Assembly: GCF_036321535.1 (NCBI RefSeq)
Contig: NC_087437.1
Coordinates: forward strand, 41,108,001-41,172,000
Length of the DNA: 64,000 nucleotides
Direction of reading: 5' to 3'
Source: Camelus dromedarius
Lineage: Eukaryota
Translations under genes and position numbers: made by a program
The notes under the pieces: model-generated
Told to the model about the DNA's origin: nothing
Databases searched by the model: none
What the model saw: the letters and a program-made list of their open reading frames with translations, nothing else
Part shown: one piece after another, positions 52,723 through 64,000 of the stretch
How the letters are laid out: every line of letters starts with the position of its first letter
Numbering within the stretch: the stretch's first letter is position 1

Positions 52723-53802
52723 CTGTCCAGATCAGGAAAAGGGAGCAAAGAAAAGGCTAAATCACCATACAGAAACCATGTGTCCGTAGCAGTGAAGCAT
52801 GCAATGGAAGCAGAAGAGATGATAAATAACAAAGGGCCTTAATACCGACAGAACCACAGGAGGATATCAGGATGTGCCGCAGAGATACGCTACAGCCTCA
52901 GGGTAGCATCTACACAGAATGCGACATTTAATGAAAACATGAGTTCTACTGGCAACCCTTACAGAACACCACCCTTTGCTAAGTGACTTGCCCCTGATGA
53001 ATTGCAACCAAGAAAGTGGCAATAATAAGGACCTTTGGATGGTCAGCACAGAACTCCTATAAGGAGACATCCACTTCCTGGCTTAGTAATTAAACCATTC
53101 AAACATGTACAATTAAGTACAAAGATAAATAAGTAGCTAGAGATATTGCCTAAATCATCTTTTGTTTAACAAAACTTGGACCCACAAAAGCCATTAGCAA
53201 GCTTATGTACAGGCTGAAAAATATCACAGTGCCACTGAATAAAAAGTTCAGTTAAAAAAAAACAAAACAAAACTGGATACACCAAGAAGCTCATTTGGAG
53301 AGCAGGGCAATAATAATAAAAGAGTACTTCAAGTGGAAGCCGCATGAGCAGGGAACACACAATGTTCCCATCGTAAGGGTAAAACTCATAGTCTGCAAAT
53401 GAAATATGACTACAGAGCTGAGTGGGTTCTCATGGAAGAGGTGCACTTTGCTGTGATTGTATTCCAGCATGTTGCAAATGACCTTAAAAATTACTCTGCA
53501 ACAAATACAGTGGGTCTCAAAAATGGTCTGAACTTATAATAAGGCTGGATTCATGTTAAGGCTTCACGAATAGATGGAGTTAATAAAGAATTCATAACAA
53601 GTGTATTAAATGTGTTAAAACCCAACACAATGGGTCAGGAAACGTATTACGTTTTAGATTTTCAAGGTCCATGAGGCTTGGAAGATCCCTTGTTCCTGAC
53701 TGGCATGGAAGACAAAACACCCACACCCACAAACACACACCCACACCCACACACGCGCGCGATGCACCCTGAGCAGGTCAGCTGGCTCCGCTTTCCCATT
53801 AC

Positions 53803-53889
53803 CAGAAGTAGAGCTTGTTCATGCAGTAGCTGCTGCTGCAAGATCTCTAACTGTCTCTGCTCCTCCTCTAACTGTCGCCTGATGTACTC
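53803..53889 (-). CDS. TNIK: TNIK cassette exon ~14 (87 nt, phase 0/0): [29 protein letters not shown]
   Basis: Acceptor ctgcag|GAG, donor CTG|gtaatg; the known 29-aa alternative segment. Confidence 0.97.
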
Positions 53890-54729
53890 CTGCAGAGGTA
53901 GGCAGCAGAGAATTCAGAGGAACACAACAAGAGAAAGAGAGAGAGAAAAAGAACCAGTAATTTCAAAGGTGACAAGAGCTGCCAGGGAAAGTGTGGAAGG
54001 AAGAAGGGGGAAAAAAAAACACCCAGACACCTCCTCTCTTACAGGAAAGGCACACGGCACCGAAGCCAAAGCATTTCAACGCAGTCAAAAGCACAAGCCC
54101 TCCAGCTGCGCAGCTCGGCGCGTGGCTGTTACTATTTGGTTTTGATAACCCAGCTGTATTTTAAGGCTTTTCATTACAGGCTTCCTCTTTATAGGCTACC
54201 TGGAATTCACAACGCCATAAAGTCCAGAGGCTCCTGTGCGAGCAGCAGGGATAAAATGATGATTGAATGCCACCCTGCTCTGTCTTTGTAACGAAACCAT
54301 CCTGCAGTTTCATTGCACTGTCAGAATGTGATTCTAACAGAGAGAGAGTGGGGTCTGCATCGATGGCTCAAAGTCATGGAGCCCAGGGCTGCAGGAGTAG
54401 GAAAGCTCTTCGAAAGCCATGAAAGAGCAGGACTTGGCTCATGTATCATGCTTCAGTGCTACCTTCAAAGAAAACACCCGGGGTTGGGAGAATCACAAGA
54501 TCGAGGTATGTCAGGGGGCTCTGGCCTGGGTAGGAAGCCAGGCTGGCCGGGTGGGCTCTGCCAAGGTTGTGCATTTGACTTCTTGAATAGGTGGGAACAG
54601 TTGCTTGAGAAAGAGTAAAAGCCTGCTTAAACTGAGCAGACCTCAGAGAAGGTGACCCACACCCCAGAGAAGGCTGGTGCTGGTGTTCACGCGGGGGCCA
54701 TCTGCGGGGCTCCCCGGCCCCAGCTGTAC

Positions 54730-54840
54730 CTGCTCGTGCTCCGCGCGCCTCCTCTCCTCCTCCCGGCGCATCTGCTCCTCGTAGTGCCGCCGCTGCTCCC
54801 TCTCCTGCTGCTTCCTCAGCTCCTTCTCCCGCCTCTGTTG
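54730..54840 (-). CDS. TNIK: TNIK exon ~13 (111 nt, phase 0/0): QQRREKELRKQQEREQRRHYEEQMRREEERRRAEHEQ, coiled-coil region
   Basis: Acceptor ctacag|CAA, donor CAG|gtacag; translation matches TNIK. Confidence 0.97.
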
Positions 54841-55569
54841 CTGTAGGGCGACAAGCAGACAAGCATGAAGGAAACGGGCACTGATGGGCGGTGTTGGGGA
54901 ACTGGCAGGGAGACTGTAGGACTGTGGATGTGAGCTCTTCACGAGGGATGCCTGTCTGCTCGCCCAAAGGCTCCTTGTCTGTGCTATTGGGGGACACACT
55001 GGCCAGGATGGGGGTGACAGAGAGCAATTCAGTGTCGTGCAGAACATGCTGTTGTCTACCATGCAGGTAGACTCCCCAGGTTTATACATCTCCCAAAATG
55101 TCCCCATTCAGTGCGTTCTCCCAATTGGCTGATGTGGGTTTTCTAATCAGGGGTAGGTAACACTGACAAATAATAAGTTACTTATTATATATTATCAAAC
55201 TTATTATATATTATCAAAACTGGAGCTTTAGGCTTTAAAGCACATTTGCAATGTTCACGTCATTCAATCTTTTCTACACCACATAGGGCACACGTATCAT
55301 CAAGAAAGCAAAAACCAGAGAAGTGAAGTGACATATTCAAGGCCATACGGTAATTGTGGCTGAGGGTGCAACTGAACTCACTGACTCCCACCCAGTCCAC
55401 TCCCCTTTCTGATACACTATACTGCCTTTCTTGATTTTCTGGAGTCTTCACTTTAAAGTGTCGATTTCAACTTGTAACTCAAGGAAGACCTTAAGCTCAG
55501 GAGCCATCATCATCTCATTGTAGCTCCGCAGTCATTGTAGCTCCGAAAGTGGACTGCGTGATAAACGCC

Positions 55570-55760
55570 TCTCATGCCTTATCTTATTTGACCTTCACAA
55601 AAAATCTTCTCAGGTAGGTATTACTGTTATCCCCCATTTAAAATGAGAAAATGGAGGTGCAGAGAGATTAAGTAGTTGTTCAAGATCATGCCCACATTCA
55701 AGGTCAAACTCAGTAAGTGGTGGAGCTTGATCTCAAAGCCAGGCAACGTGACTCCAACCT
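55570..55760 (-). mobile_element. MIR
   Basis: aggtaggtattactgttatcccccatt...atgagaaaatggaggtgcagagagattaagta. Confidence 0.8.
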
Positions 55761-55868
55761 GAGCTCAATCAACAGAGGAGATAAGGTGGCATCAGGAGCA
55801 TTATGATTAAGCCCAGCCTTCGTTATCCTCTCAGTCAAGGAGAACATCTTAGGAGCAGTGACAGGAGC

Positions 55869-56093
55869 CAGTGTTTCTCAAGTAGGGTAGCACCATTCCC
55901 TGATCCCTGCTGCATCTGGCATATAGGGGGGCCTGTGGGAGTTTTTCTGGTTGTCTCAGTGACTGGGGGTCATGACTGGCACTTAGCCTGAGGGGCCAGG
56001 GATGCTAAACGTTCCACAATGTGCAGGATGGTTGTACATTGCAAAGTGTTTCCCCGTCCTGCACACCAGGAGGGCCCCTTTTGAGAAATGTTG
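55869..56093. mobile_element. hAT-Charlie-type MITE (subfamily uncertain)
   Basis: TIR-like ends cagtgtttctcaa / ttgagaaatgttg; internal ggccagggatgctaaac motif. Confidence 0.65.
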
Positions 56094-59000
56094 CAGGCCC
56101 TTTGTGTCAGAGCCGTGTGCTGGCATTAGGATTTCTTCTTCCTCAAACAGGAGGTTTGGAGGGGACTCATCAGAAGGTCCATTACCTCATAAATGTCTTA
56201 ACAGCACTTCACTGCCTGGCTGAGGAAGCATGAGGTATTCAAAATAAAAATGAACTGTGACTGTATCATACTGATCAGTTAGCTCTAAAAAACCAAGGAA
56301 ACAGCTTTTGAGTACAAAAGCTCTGTCACAGCCTCGCTAGCCCAACCACAGATACTCAAAGCTCCAGAGAAACCCACAAGTGAGAAGGTCTTCCTGATTC
56401 TTGGGATCTGCTGTCTTCCAACAACCTCTGAGGTTTGGGAGATAAGCTGCAACTTTCGAGACTCAATGTCTATTACTTCCAGGTCAACAGATACTTGCGC
56501 ATCTGATGAGGAGAAGCCGCTGGAGGACTTTGACCATCAGATGCCATGGCCAGAGGGCTTCTACCCACAGCGAGATGGGCAGGCCTAGATGCTGAAGGTC
56601 AGGGTGAGGTCATTCTACGGGCCCAGGCAGAAAACACTCAGGCACCCATGAGCTAAGCAAAGACAGCTTATGTTCATAATCACTGCTGAGACACAGCCGA
56701 AAGGAAGAAAAACTACAAACTATCCCAATTTCCGGTTATTCCAGAGGACCGTAGTGGATACCAACTTAGAAGTAGAAATGAGAATTAGGCCAAAATAAAA
56801 TGGGCAGAATTCAGTGACTGGGGTGTGTGACGGTGAGTGGTGAGTGAAGTTTCTGGCCAGGAGCATGGAAGATGGTATGATACAGAGGAAGAAAAGCAGG
56901 TTTGGGGAAGAGAATGAGGGGTAGGCTGGGGGAGAGAGATGAGTCAAGTTCCAGACATGTGATTATTTGTTTTACAGAAAAATAATACAGGAAGATGCAA
57001 GTATAAAACATCATCATAGGAACCGACTGAGTAATTTGGATTACAGACCCAAAACAGAGATATTTCCAACACTCAACCAAAGTGAATCAATGCCAGCACA
57101 GAGAATAAAATAATTATGTGTACAGATCTGGCTCCTGGAAGGAAACAGCCCTAATTAAGCTAACATTCCAAGTTTTTTACTCCCACCATCAGTCTCCTTC
57201 TTGAGGGAAAAAAATATATAATCAAGGCTTTTAAAGATTTAGCTGATTTTTATGTGAAGGATTTGTACATTTTCAACCCCCTTTCCAGGAATCGATACCG
57301 TTTTATAATTACATGCCACTCAGGTCCCTGTGCAAGGTGCACACACTATTGATTGCAACTCAGGAGGGTCTGGGCTTCCCAAGTATTCTGGAGTTTCTGA
57401 GAAAGACATTCAAAAGTGACTAATAATTAATAATGATCTCACTTGGATCAGCTGCAACTATGGCATGGAGGCATCTGCCAGGGCTTTGGCTCCTGTGGTG
57501 AGGCTGGAAAAATAAATCACTTCCCCAGCCTCCTGATGGCACCTTGCCAGTTTCCAGCTGTGGTGTCTCAATGCTAATTCCTTTCCTGGAAAAATGTTTG
57601 CTCTCTCCCCTCCTGGATGTGGGGCTGTTTGAGGGGACATATCAAATCACATCAGAAAAAGACCAAGTCCCTGGCCTCTAAAAGACACCTTTACAAAGCT
57701 CTGATGACTCTTGCTAGGAATCTGAGGGCATGGCTGGGTTTGATCCTCACTGGACCCCCAGCCCCTCACGCAGGGCCTGGCACCTGGCAGGTGCACAGAT
57801 TTGGTGACTTGAACTGAATAAGAAACTTGGGGCAAAAGAAGACAATACAGAATCACCTTAATTTGGGTAGGGGGCGGTTTTCCCTCCTATCAGTATAATA
57901 GTTTATACTATACTGTGCCTTATGTTATGGCTATTTGAGATGTCTTATCTAGTCTGCAATCCAGGTTGTGGGCAGAGAACAATCATTCTACGCTGGCTTG
58001 TAATCTCCCACTCCATCTCATAAGGGGCCTGATCCCGTCGATGTCTGTTGCCTCTCATACTGCAGACTGGGTGTCAAGAGGAGAAAGACGTGCAGAACCT
58101 CAGACCACCCCTTCACCCTTCAGTGCCTTCCAAGACCAGAATATTTGTTATGCTGGACATAGGCAAGGCCTGGAGTGCTTCTCTAAAAAGAGAAAAATGA
58201 TTGGCACTGGCGTGGGGTCTATTTTCCATCTTAGAGAAAGGCAGGAAAATAAAGTAAGGGAATAAGAGTCCAAGCTGGCAGGAGTAGAAAAGGGAAGAAT
58301 CAAATAATATTTCTAAATGTCAGTGAGTTATGCATAAATATGACAATGGTCCTGTCAAAGACAAACAGCTTAAACCAACTGCTCTAGAACTTTTGGCAGA
58401 TATCACCTCCCCCACCCCCATGTACTGAACTGCCTAGAAGTACATTTCCATCCACATCTTCTTGGAGGCATCTCCAAAAGTTATATCACATAAAATTAGA
58501 CATTCAGTGAGTTATTATAAGTGTCTTAATTTTTTTCCTGGTTGGGGGATGATTGATAATACCTACTCTGAAAGTTTTCTAGGCTAAAATCACCATTGCC
58601 TTCATCTACAGAGTAGAACACCGGGGTCTTTTGGTCCCTCTGCCTTCTGTTTGTGTTCCCAAGGAATGATTTTTTTAGGACAGTTTCGATCTTCCCCAAT
58701 GCATGTTCTCCTCAGGCCACCTCCAGGTGGAGGCTGTGCAGCTGTACTTTCAAGGATGTGAACTGGTCAGTTTGTTTAAGTGAGGAAATAATCCTGTCCC
58801 CTTCCTCAGGGGACCCTCAAAGGTTATACCTTTATCTCCGACTGACTATGCAGAATTTTGGCTCTTCAAGAGCATATTACTTTAATCCTTACACATTCAA
58901 AGTTTATTTAAGCTGTAAGAAATAATCTTCATGGAGTTGGGTTTTCTTTCCTTTTGTTTCTTTAAACGTTCTTTTCAGACTAAGTTTAACTGGCAGAAAG

Positions 59001-59219
59001 GTGTGAACTGCACCAGGGTACTCTGGCCCCATAGAGGTGATTTTGATGAACTGTTAAAACATAAATTAGGTTTTATGGTGTTATTGAAAGAGTGGAGGAA
59101 CGTAACTCAGCCACTCAGTTGTTATTCAACCGCTCCTATGCAAGTGTGAGGGTTGTCAATGATCTTGGAAGGCTTGCATGAGCAATGGGTTTACTCTTAT
59201 CTGGACAATAAACAATCTT

Positions 59220-59287
59220 TAAAAAAATTTTTTTTTATTGAAGTGTAATTGATTTACCATGTTAGTTTCAGATGTACAGCAAATGAC
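59220..59287 (-). mobile_element. Very short L1 3'-terminal fragment
   Basis: T-run followed by attgaagtgtaattgatttac...tttcagatgtacagc; imperfect caata...aatctt flanking repeats. Confidence 0.65.
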
Positions 59288-60139
59288 AATATGAATCTTG
59301 ACCCACTGGAGTGGGCCTCTTTCCGGACCTGCCAGGACTCTCTGAGTCAGACAGGGCCCAGCTCAGGCACCCAGATGCCATGCTGTACAGGCCCGTTCTA
59401 ATGCCCTGACCTGACCCTAGCTTCATCTTGCTTTTCCCTTCAACTTTATAGTTCCTTCTATTTTATTTTTCTTATTTATTTTACTTTTAGCTTCTGTATT
59501 AATCTTTGTAAACCACCTTAAGGCCTCTTTTTGGAATGAAGAAAAGTCATAAAGAAGGGTATACACAGGCAAACAATGAAAACCTTATCTTGGCCCTCCA
59601 CGTTTTAAACTCTCGAAATCTCTCTTGGAAAGATCAAAATGGAGATAAAGGAGAACTGTAGACTTGTAATTTGGTTCTTTAAGCTTATGACGATGCCACC
59701 TCTGTGTACGCCACCTGCGCATGTGGTTAACGTCGTTTTCTCAGCCATGGGGATCAATCTGCTCTGATGCGTCCAGCCCTCTTGCTGGAGAGCTGGGTAA
59801 ACCGAGCTACAGGAACATGTATGGAATGGGCTGGGACCTACAGGGAAACTTAACCCAATCTCCTTTTTAATCTAAAAGTCTGTACCATGGGCCAGAGCAA
59901 ATATAGCTAAGTGCAGCTCACCTGTCATTCTAAGGCTACGGAATCTTTTGGAAAAAAGTACAAGGTTATAGTCTGTATGTATGGGTTTTTTTTTTCACCT
60001 AAAAAAGTACTTCATCATGGATTATTCAAGTTAGAGCTTCACATTAGCTCTGTTAGGTAAGTGAGGCAAACATCTTCTCAGGAAGGTTCAATGCCTTGTC
60101 AATGGCCATGTGACAAGTTGGGGAAGTCATGGCATGAAT

Positions 60140-60370
60140 ACGAATCACCACACTGGGTGCTGTCTGTGCATGCCAGTATTTGCTGGCCTGGGTGATTTAC
60201 ATGCTTCAGTTCATTTAATCCCACAGTGTGACTCTAGACTTTATTGCTATGATCCCTGTTTTACAGGTAAGCCAACTGAGGCTCAGAGAAATTAAATATA
60301 TTGTTCCATGTCACACAGCTGGAAAATGGAGGAGCTTGGAATCAGGCCCAAGTTGGTCTGACTCCACGTC
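60140..60370 (-). mobile_element. MIR
   Basis: ttttacaggtaagccaactgaggctcagagaaattaaata...gtcacacagctgg. Confidence 0.8.
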
Positions 60371-61574
60371 CTTTCCACTCTATGCCCTACTGCCTCCCAG
60401 GCCCTCGTACCCGGCATATTCTATCAACTGGAGATGTGTCCAATCCAGATAGGATACTTGGCTGCTTTATGCTACTTAGCAAATGTTCAGGTTGAATTTG
60501 AGTTTGGTTCTCATGACATTCTTGTAGATTTGGGGAAAACAAAGCTAGGTGCCTTTGGGTAAAGGTTTTGGGCCCTGGGTCTATCTTTTACATACATCGT
60601 TTCCCATTATACAGGCTCAGAGATAATGTCCACAGGGGATATGGGATATGAGACTTAACATCCCATAGCTGCAAAGTGATGCGTCATTGGGGGAAGACAG
60701 TAGGTATGAGGCCACAGGACTTGGGGGACAGAACCCTGGATAAGAAATAGTTTTAGACTAGATTTCAGTCCTGCTCTGCCACTGACACAAACACTGCAGA
60801 CCACACAGTCTCAATGAATATTTGTTTAAGGAATGAGTGACTATCTGACCTTGAATAAGTCACCTTTACCCAAACCTTCAATGAGGGGGCAGAGCAGGTG
60901 ACCTTACAAGTCTGTTAGTTCTAAGAGTCTAAGCAGTAATGTGCTACCTTGCAAAGCAAAAGTCCAGTAACAGTCCAGAAGGAGAAGTGAAGTGAAGCAG
61001 AATTCTGCTTGCTCTTAGAGAGCTCGGCTTCTTTTCATCCTGAGTGACCTCCTGGAAATGGTGAGTGGGGACCCCACTGACTGTGGAAGACCAGAGCCGG
61101 CCTCCAGAGGACAGGACAGCAGCTGGTGCAGGACCAAGTCAGGCCCCTCGGGAAGTACCTCAAACCATCCCCTTGACACAGGGGCTCTCTGGTCAAAGAC
61201 ACTCAAAATGAAAGGCCCCAGTGCAGTCTTTTGAATCCACCACATGGCACATATGCTCCCTCACTTAAACAGGACCGCTCTGTATCAGCTGGGCAGGAGC
61301 TGTGTTTGTGATGAGAGGCAGTCAAGCTTCTGGGCATTCCATTTGCCCATTTTACCACTTGTGAAAGTTTCAGTTTGCAGAAGACCATGGCAAACTAACC
61401 ACCGCAGGGCAAGGGCATGATTCCTTGCAGCTAACACTGGGATTCCAAGCACAGATTTTAATAGGAAGCATGTGAGAGTGACAGTGAAGCAGTCTGGCAC
61501 CTCTGAACTCACTACACAACAAAGTAATCAGGATAACAGGAAAGAATAATAACCACTCGTGATGAGAACGGTTG

Positions 61575-61765
61575 TGTAGTGCCGCCTCTGATGCCAGACA
61601 CTGTCCTAAGCCCTTCACTCGTACAACTCACTATAGCCCTCAGGCACGTGCTTCTGTCCTTATGCCCATTTGACAGATAAGGAAACTGAGGCCCACATAG
61701 ACCAATACCTTGCCCACGTTAACTCAATTGTAAGTGCAAAGCCGGGACTATACTCTGCATCTGGC
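61575..61765 (-). mobile_element. MIR
   Basis: tgcccatttgacagataaggaaactgaggccc...cttgccca. Confidence 0.8.
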
Positions 61766-64000
61766 TCGTGCCATGCTGCCTCTGTGGACTTGAAAGAAGT
61801 TGGTTGAGATCTCTACATTCACAAAGTGAAGGATGTTAGATTAATGCCTTTTTGAGTGGCCATTTTTTCCCTGTCTTCCCTTTGCAACCTGTCTTTCCTC
61901 ACAGAAACAGTAATCAGAGAACCCCTGAGGAAACCAGACCAGTTAGATATGCCTTATTCTTCTCTTTTCACAGCTACTTTACACTATTAAAGATAAAACC
62001 AACCAACCTACCCATTCAGAGCTTCCTGGCCAACTCAGGATCCGTAGGCAGCCCCATGCCTACGCACTGTCTGAATACTCGTGTGTCAAGCTGGTCTTTA
62101 TTGCATGTAGAGAGGGGAATGAAAGTTCTAAAAAGGCTTCATGAAGAATTCTGGTCCTGCCTCTCCTCTAGATGCTAGTCACTGTGAGTCTTCACCAGCT
62201 CCCCATCACCTCTGAGCTGCAGTTTCCCCAGTGACAGTGGCTAGCTGGGCTTTCCTGGGTAGCAGATAGAGGCACACGAATGGCCTGATGGACATCCCGA
62301 GTGCCCATGACTCTGTAGGTTAGTGTAAAAGTGCAGATGTAACTCTCGAATTCCTTCTGCCATCATTCTAAAGACTTAACATGAGCCTCTTGCATGGAGT
62401 CCTGTGAAAACAAGCCCACTGTAAACCAGTTTATTAACACAGTGTCTACAGAGAGGGCCACTCCGCACATCTGGGAGGGTAGTGAAGACGCTAAATTACA
62501 TCACACATAGAGAGGTTGCAGGAGCTGGTGACATCTAGGCAAGAACACTACCATTGCCTTTAAACATTTCTGGGGCTTATGGGGAAGGCATTTTAGTTTC
62601 ATTTGGCATAATCTGTATTAATGCAGGCATATCACAAGGACTTGAATGAACAACAGGATACATTTTCTAACACTCGGAATTGTTCAAACATAGAATAGGC
62701 TGCCTCAAGCCTGTAAATGTAAAAGCAGAGATTACACGCTAAACAGATTAAATGACCCTGAGGTGCATTTTGAAAGGGATTCCTGCTTTGAGAAAAGAAT
62801 TGGCTTAGATCAATTTTGAGGTCTCTTATATTCCCCAGCCTCCAGGATCCTATAACACTGCTCACTGACTGAAGAAAACAAAAGTGAAATGAAAACGATT
62901 CGAGTGAAATGAAAACGATTCGATTGAAATGTCATGTGAAATAATACTTTCTGCGAAACTATTGTGTCATCATAGTTCTGTGGTTGGGAGAAACAAAGAG
63001 TAATGACTGTGAAACACAAGAGATGTAGACTAGATGTTAAAAAAGAGATTCCACGAAGACTTGGATACTGGAAGGCAGTCTGTAATGCCCACTCCTCACC
63101 CCCGCCATCCACCTAAGCTGCCCTAGATACAACAAGGGCCAGAAACAGCTCAATGCTGGTTTTTTTCCAGTATGAATGCTATAAATATCAAATATTAGCA
63201 TACCCTTCCCATTCCTGGAAAGTCTAGGAAAGGGTCTGAACAAAAGGATTTCAAATATCAGTAGCATTTTAACTTGCAGTACAGGAATTTAAGTCCCATC
63301 TCCTCACCTGGGCAGGAAACCTCTCCCACTACAGGATCCAGGTGACCAGGCAGACTAAACCAGACCTTGCACCCGGGCAAGCATCACCACATATCTTCTG
63401 CCCAAGGTGAGTCTGAAAAGATGAGCAGAGTAGGCACCCCAGCACCTCGACGTCCTGACCCTGGACCCTAACTCTGTGATAGAGAGGAAAACAAGTTGTG
63501 CATTGTCTGGGTCAAGTGATGGAAATTTGTACTGAACTGAACAAAAACAGAAGAGGCCCTCTACATACTTTTTCTCACTATTGATGGACTCCTTCACCTT
63601 AGCTGGGTTTAATCAGATTCCTGGAACTTAGTTATAAATTGTACTTTACCACTGGTCAAAAGCTGAGAGTCGTGTACCTGCCACTTAATTGGCCTGACCA
63701 CGTCCTTTTCATGAAGCTGATAAATGACTCCATTCAGTGGACAAAGTGCTTCTAAGAATATACAGATACTGATTTAGAACCTGGCCGGATCCACACGGCT
63801 ACCTATAAATAGCCAATGGCAGGCAGGGATTCCTCAGAAACCTCTGGTAGGAGGTGACATGTGAGATCCCTGAGGAAGTCAAAGGCTGCAACCCATACTG
63901 TCTTGTGTCACCAAATGGGGGTCTTCATTTGGAAATGGGAATGCATTTCCCGGGATGCCTTCACCAGGTCACCTGATCCACAGTGAAGCAAAATTTGCAA

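Noticed and set aside
53678..55107. Overlapping 100-190 aa ORFs on both strands (also 40587..41063, 8069..9210)
   Set aside because: Antisense or alternative-frame shadows of real exons or GC-rich patches; no recognisable protein or splice support
55000..64000. Further TNIK exons (e.g. SSILNLPGESTLRRDFLRLQ) upstream of exon 13
   Set aside because: No matching peptide found; the region appears to be intron and the preceding exon must lie beyond the window

Overview
Mammalian genomic DNA, probably camelid: it has two Vic-1-like tRNA-derived SINEs and I saw no Alu, BovB or PRE-1. The whole 64 kb lies inside the TNIK gene (TRAF2- and NCK-interacting kinase, MAP4K7) on the minus strand. Fifteen coding exons can be placed exactly, with GT-AG boundaries and consistent phases. 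They correspond to about exons 13-27 of the human model (numbering from memory) and run from the coiled-coil region (QQRREKELRK...) to the start of the CNH domain (...[24 protein letters not shown]...). They include the three known cassette exons of 87, 165 and 24 nt. The kinase-domain exons lie upstream of the window and the rest of the CNH domain lies downstream. The introns hold ordinary MIR, L2, L1, MaLR and hAT-MITE relics, a ~750-bp GAAA/GGAA purine tract, and a hairpin resembling primate MIR569. The most striking unexplained signal is a 445-codon stop-free frame on the TNIK sense strand in the intron after exon 15 (50073-51410). It has a phase-0 splice acceptor at 51296/51297 and a downstream AATAAA, so it is a candidate unannotated alternative last exon giving a CNH-less TNIK with a novel 407-aa tail. 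Repeat family names and boundaries are by-eye estimates, not database results.
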